In this document: positions 38,382 through 42,470 of the stretch, piece by piece
Layout of the letters: each line of letters starts with the position of its first letter
How positions within the stretch are numbered: the stretch's first letter is position 1
Assembly: GCA_002245135.1 (NCBI GenBank)
Contig: NGBS01000013.1
Coordinates: forward strand, 124,001 to 166,470
From: Proteromonas lacertae
Taxonomy: Eukaryota
Direction: 5' to 3'
Length of the DNA: 42,470 nt
Translations under genes and position numbers: made by a program
The notes under the pieces: model-generated
What the model was told of the DNA's origin: nothing
What the model saw: the letters and a program-made list of their open reading frames with translations, nothing else
Database searches by the model: none

Positions 38382-38583
38382 GTTAGATCTATTTAATCAT
38401 TATTATGTAATTATTTTTTTATAATATTTGATGCATAAATCATCAAAAACATCAAGAATTTATCAAATGAATGATAAATCATCAAATAAATCAATTTTAT
38501 TTTAACAATATAAAAATTGCATCTTGAATTCATTCGACATTTTCCTGAACTTTTCAGCATAAAATATTTTTTGCTTTATTAAC

Positions 38584-39237
38584 ATGTCTCACTTACATCA
38601 AATTGTTTACGTATCTGATAGTGATAGTGATACAGATAGTGATTATGAGAGAGATATTGATAGTATCTCTAATCCAAAAATCAGAAAAATTTGTAAGACA
38701 ATTAATTTAGAAGATAAGGCTGCTGGTATCAAAAGACCAAAATATAGTATAACTTATATTATATTATAATTCATAGGTATACCAGTCACAGGTCGTCCAT
38801 TCAATCCCTTCAACCCTTATGGTTTATCTATTAAGATTGAATCACCCAATGGTGAGCCACCAAAAGATGAATCACCATTATACTCACCAACAACTCCACC
38901 TGATACAGAATCGAATGTTAGGCGTTTAATCAACTTTACTGTTCAAGAGCCTCCTCCACCACAGGACACTTTAACTTATGAGGAGATAAAGAAGCTGAGA
39001 AACGAGAGTTTAGTTGGTAATAGAATTAGAAACGGAAGAAAGAGAGCAAAGGCTGCCAGAGAAGAGTTATCGTTCAAAGCAGCAGCTGACGTAAATTTAG
39101 CTTTGGATCTTCAAAGGTATTATGATACAGTTTTTAAGAAGAAGGAGTTGGAAGATAAGTTGTTTAAGCATCATAACTTAGATACAAAACTGTTGAAGAA
39201 TATCACTAAGAAGGTATTACAGATAAAAAATAATTAA
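38584..39237 (+). CDS. Orphan protein (~207 aa): Ser/Asp-rich N-terminus, Pro-rich middle, basic helical C-terminus
   Basis: A 30-nt intron at 38747-38776 joins ORF 38584 to an open frame (SIPVTGRPFNPFNPYG...RNGRKRAKAAREELSF...) ending TAA at 39235-39237. Confidence 0.7.
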
Positions 39238-39281
39238 CTTTTATTATCAATACTTACTATAATTTGAAATTGTTTTATATT

Positions 39282-39600
39282 GAAAATTCATCTCTCATAG
39301 TATGATCTGTATATATATAATCTTTATTATTTTTGATCTATTATATTTGTCTATGTATAAGATTCTATTATTGATAATATCAAGTTAAAAGAAGAAGATT
39401 TAATATATTGATGAAATAGAAAAATTGAATAATCAGTGAGAAAATTCATCTATCATAGTATGATCTGTATATATATAATCTTTATTATTTTTGATCTATT
39501 ATATTTGTCTATGTATAAGATTCTATTATTGATAATATCAAGTTAAAAGAAGAAGATTTAATATATTGATGAAATAGAAAAATTGAATAATCAGTGAGAA
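39282..39600. repeat. Non-coding tandem duplication, 158-bp unit x2
   Basis: GAAAATTCATCT(C/A)TCATAGTATGATCTG... starts at 39282 and 39440; only one mismatch seen. Confidence 0.95.
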
Positions 39601-39689
39601 CTTTGTTTTGTCTTTATTTTATAATTGAATTTTTCGATAAGATTTTCATTTTCTTTTTTCTTGTATTTTTTGATTATTAAAATAAAAGA

Positions 39690-40403
39690 ATGAATCCAAT
39701 TCTTGAAAATGACTCAAATACAAATCCATTTGATTTAGAAAGAAGAGATAATAAATGTCGAAAATGTAATCAATATTATCCAATAAATGATTTTATGAAT
39801 GACAAAGGTAAACAATGTCAAATGTGTAGCAAATGCAGAGAAGAAAAAAGAATAAGTGTTTCTAATTATAGAAAAATAAAAAATGAAATATCTGATACTG
39901 ATATAAAAGATATAAATGATGAAAATGATTCAAATACAATTCCTTATAATTTAGTTAGCAGACCTAAAATATGCTCAAGATGTAATAAAAATAAACCAAT
40001 AGATGATTTTAAGAATGAAAAAGGTAAAGAATATAAAATGTGTAGTACTTGCAGAAAATATAAAAGAGAAAAAGCTTCTAATAATATTATAGAAAATGAA
40101 TTATCTGATATTAATATGGAAGATGCAGCTATTGATGATAAATTTAGATGTTTTAACTGTGATGGATGTTATAATGATAAATATAATGCATTTGTTATAA
40201 AAGATTTATGTAAAATGTGTTTTAAATTTCAACAAAATTATTTATATAATAGAAAGAGATATTCTAATGAAGAATTAAGTGATGATGAACAGAGATGTTA
40301 TATTTGCAGAAAAATAAAACACAAAGCAAAGATGCAGTATAATAATAAGTGTCATAAATGTGTAAGACATTATTTGCATAAACTAAATAAAAAAGCTATA
40401 TAA
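39690..40403 (+). CDS. Intronless Cys-rich protein with four CxxC...CxxC zinc-binding modules, the first two being internal duplicates
   Basis: KCRKCNQYYPINDF.NDKGKQCQMCSKCR and KICSRCNKNKPIDDF.NEKGKEYKMCSTCR, then CFNC...CKMC and CYIC...CHKC. Confidence 0.75.
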   Translation: MNPILENDSNTNPFDLERRDNKCRKCNQYYPINDFMNDKGKQCQMCSKCREEKRISVSNYRKIKNEISDTDIKDINDENDSNTIPYNLVSRPKICSRCNKNKPIDDFKNEKGKEYKMCSTCRKYKREKASNNIIENELSDINMEDAAIDDKFRCFNCDGCYNDKYNAFVIKDLCKMCFKFQQNYLYNRKRYSNEELSDDEQRCYICRKIKHKAKMQYNNKCHKCVRHYLHKLNKKAI

Positions 40404-40511
40404 CACTTATATAAAAACATTGGTTTTCATTTATTCATTTTATTAGTTTCTTTTATATTTTCATATTAATTTCACTAGTCTTTTTCTTACAAACTATTTA
40501 TTATTTATAAC

Positions 40512-41403
40512 ATGAATTCAGAACCAAATTATAATAACATTAGTAGCAATGATGAATCAAATATTCTTCATTCTATTGCTTCAACAAACAAGCATGATAA
40601 TGCATTATGTAAAGAAGATGGAGATGTCATAAACACCAAAAGAAGTTGCTATTCCAAAGAAAAAGATGATACTTTATACAATAATGTTAATGTAACTCAA
40701 TGGAAGAAATTGTTAATATTATCTGATAATGTTTATAAATTTATAGAAGAAAAGATAAATAATTGTTACAATAAGAATGATTCATCAGTATATAGCGAAT
40801 ATGCCATTTCAAGATATATTAATGCTCTTAATAATTTCTTTACATCTTTAGTGAATAATAATAGTTATATAAATAATATTATTTTTGAGGAAATTGATGA
40901 TGCATTAAATATACCGCCTGTTAGCGTAGGCAATAATATTAATATTGATTCAAAAATATTATTTAACATTAAAGAAAAAGAAATTCTAATAATGATAACT
41001 CCATCAAGAGAAAGAGAAACACTAAAAGAAAAAACATAAATGATTCTTCTAAGAATATATCAAATGAAATAGATTCTGCGCAACAAAAAGACTATCTTCA
41101 GATAGACCAAATTGAATCAAAAAGCCAAGAAAATATTAATATTGATGATTTAATTAATCAGCCACCTGTATTGCCTATAAATACATTTCATAAAACAAAT
41201 ATTGAAGATACAAAGAATAATCTAATTGTTAATGAAAACGAAACTAATATAGAGAATATAAAAGATAAATAGAGACATTGCAGCAACACCTTAATCAATA
41301 CAGAGGATGTGAAATTTATTCAAACTCATATGATGATTCAAATAATATTGAATTTAGTCCAATTCTATGTAATGATATGTTAAATTTAAGTGATATATGG
41401 TAA
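40512..41403 (+). CDS. Orphan Asn-rich protein broken by two apparent -1 shifts in A-runs (pseudogene or assembly error)
   Basis: ORF 40512-41039 continues in shifted frames after about 40982 and 41268 to TAA at 41401-41403. DDALNIPPV and DDLINQPPV on either side of the first shift suggest a single protein. Confidence 0.5.
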
Positions 41404-41540
41404 CAATACGCATGTAATTATAATTTTAAGTTTATTGATTCTATATAATGTATTATACTATTGGGTAAAATCATCTGTATAATATACAAAAAGTATTATT
41501 CCATGTTTTCTTTAGTTATTTTTATTTTTTTGTTTATAAA

Positions 41541-41897
41541 ATGCAGAGTTCATATAAGTTTTTATCATGGTTATACACAATATTTGAATCACTAAAAAGA
41601 AAAATATTTTCTCAGTCAAACGAGCAACAACCGCAATCTGAATCTTTAGCTGATCAATTGAGATATAATGAAATGCTAAAACATGTTAAAGATGAAAAAT
41701 TGAGAGAAAAAAGAAGAAGACATAATATACGAGCTAGGAACGGATTAGATGAAGGATTCATTTACAGCGAGGATCCAGAAGAATTTGATGAACTAATGGA
41801 TAGGTACATTACAAAGCATGATATAAAAGCAAAAAAAGAAATAAAAGAAAAATTTGGATTGGACTTAGACAAAGTAATCTACGGATTATATCATTAA
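41541..41897 (+). CDS. Orphan 118-aa intronless protein
   Basis: ATG after AAAA with natural-looking composition; no family recognised. Confidence 0.55.
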   Translation: MQSSYKFLSWLYTIFESLKRKIFSQSNEQQPQSESLADQLRYNEMLKHVKDEKLREKRRRHNIRARNGLDEGFIYSEDPEEFDELMDRYITKHDIKAKKEIKEKFGLDLDKVIYGLYH

Positions 41898-42080
41898 TTA
41901 ATGTCTCAATTAATTAGTCTCATTCTGATATTATTATATTGTGTTAGTCGTAACATTAACTCCCAAAATGAATATTTTTAGTATATTATTAAAGTTAGTT
42001 TATATTTATTTAAATCATAATACCATATATAGTTTTAATCAAATTCCCAATCATCTAATTGAAATAAAATATCATCATTT

Positions 42081-42437
42081 TCATGATCTTTTTAAACTTT
42101 TTATTAATTTTTGATAACTTTTCAAATCAAATTTTCTCTTATATCTTTTATTTAATGAACCTTTACCATATCTGACAGGACCATACTGTGGTGAATAAGA
42201 TTCATCACCTTTCATGTTTCTTCTACATTTTATACATGACTCTTCAATTAATTCTTCAGTATCTTTAGGATAATATTTTAAATCTTCAAGTAAATATTTA
42301 TCATCATCATAACAGAAAAACCATCTTCTAATAATTTGTGTTTTACATATACAATATGCTATATCTTTAGCTTCATTATGTTTTACTTCTAAATATGTAT
42401 CAATTAGTTCATAACAAATTCTATCATAAATACTCAT
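42081..42437 (-). CDS. Orphan 118-aa intronless protein with CxC and CxxC pairs
   Basis: YCICK...SCIKCRR and a basic C-terminus; no family recognised. Confidence 0.55.
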   Translation of the reverse strand: MSIYDRICYELIDTYLEVKHNEAKDIAYCICKTQIIRRWFFCYDDDKYLLEDLKYYPKDTEELIEESCIKCRRNMKGDESYSPQYGPVRYGKGSLNKRYKRKFDLKSYQKLIKSLKRS

Positions 42438-42470
42438 CTCACCTTTAATATCATGAAAAAGATAACTGAT

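Noticed and set aside
1..42470. Blastocystis-type stop codons created by polyadenylation
   Set aside because: The gene ends I could trace have genomic stop codons. TGTTTGTT-like motifs (about 130-137 on the minus strand, about 26086) lie downstream of complete stops.
1..42470. Alternative genetic code or stop-codon readthrough
   Set aside because: In-frame stops are explained by short introns or single-base indels; long conserved exons (RPT3, CDPK) contain no internal stops.
1..42470. tRNA or rRNA genes
   Set aside because: No cloverleaf with a GTTCRA T-loop and no rRNA-like GC-rich tract was seen by eye.

Overview
This is very AT-rich eukaryotic nuclear DNA, not prokaryotic. Genes are densely packed and carry many tiny GT-AG introns (mostly 25-45 nt), so the ORF track fragments them. 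Tiny introns, a CDPK and cilia-linked genes (CDKL kinase, CFAP97-like) fit a gut stramenopile of the Blastocystis/Proteromonas type; that taxon call is inference only. Bases 1-34.8 kb are mostly housekeeping genes: IscA, NOC2, CDPK, CBP20, CDKL, kinesin, LCMT1, WDR4/TRM82, two sphingomyelin/IPC-synthase-like paralogs, RPT3 and RPS7. The main finding is two near-identical dispersed copies (17191-19797 and 34877-37900) of a pseudokinase-TPR gene. Its TPR region is built from 111-nt phase-0 exons, mostly paired with 28-nt introns to give a 139-bp module. The copies carry 9 versus 12 such exons, and the modules are mosaics that vary mainly at TPR ligand-binding positions. This looks like a recombination-diversified, immune-receptor-like system. 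After the second copy is a gene-sparse orphan region with hairpins, a telomere-like repeat, a 158-bp duplication and Cys-rich ORFs, possibly mobile, viral or subtelomeric. Also seen: a mitochondrion-targeted Mrr-like nuclease candidate, a recurrent TCAAGC/GCTTGA upstream motif, and several single-base frameshifts in conserved genes that are probably assembly errors. Exon boundaries were read by eye and family calls come from motif recognition, not database searches.
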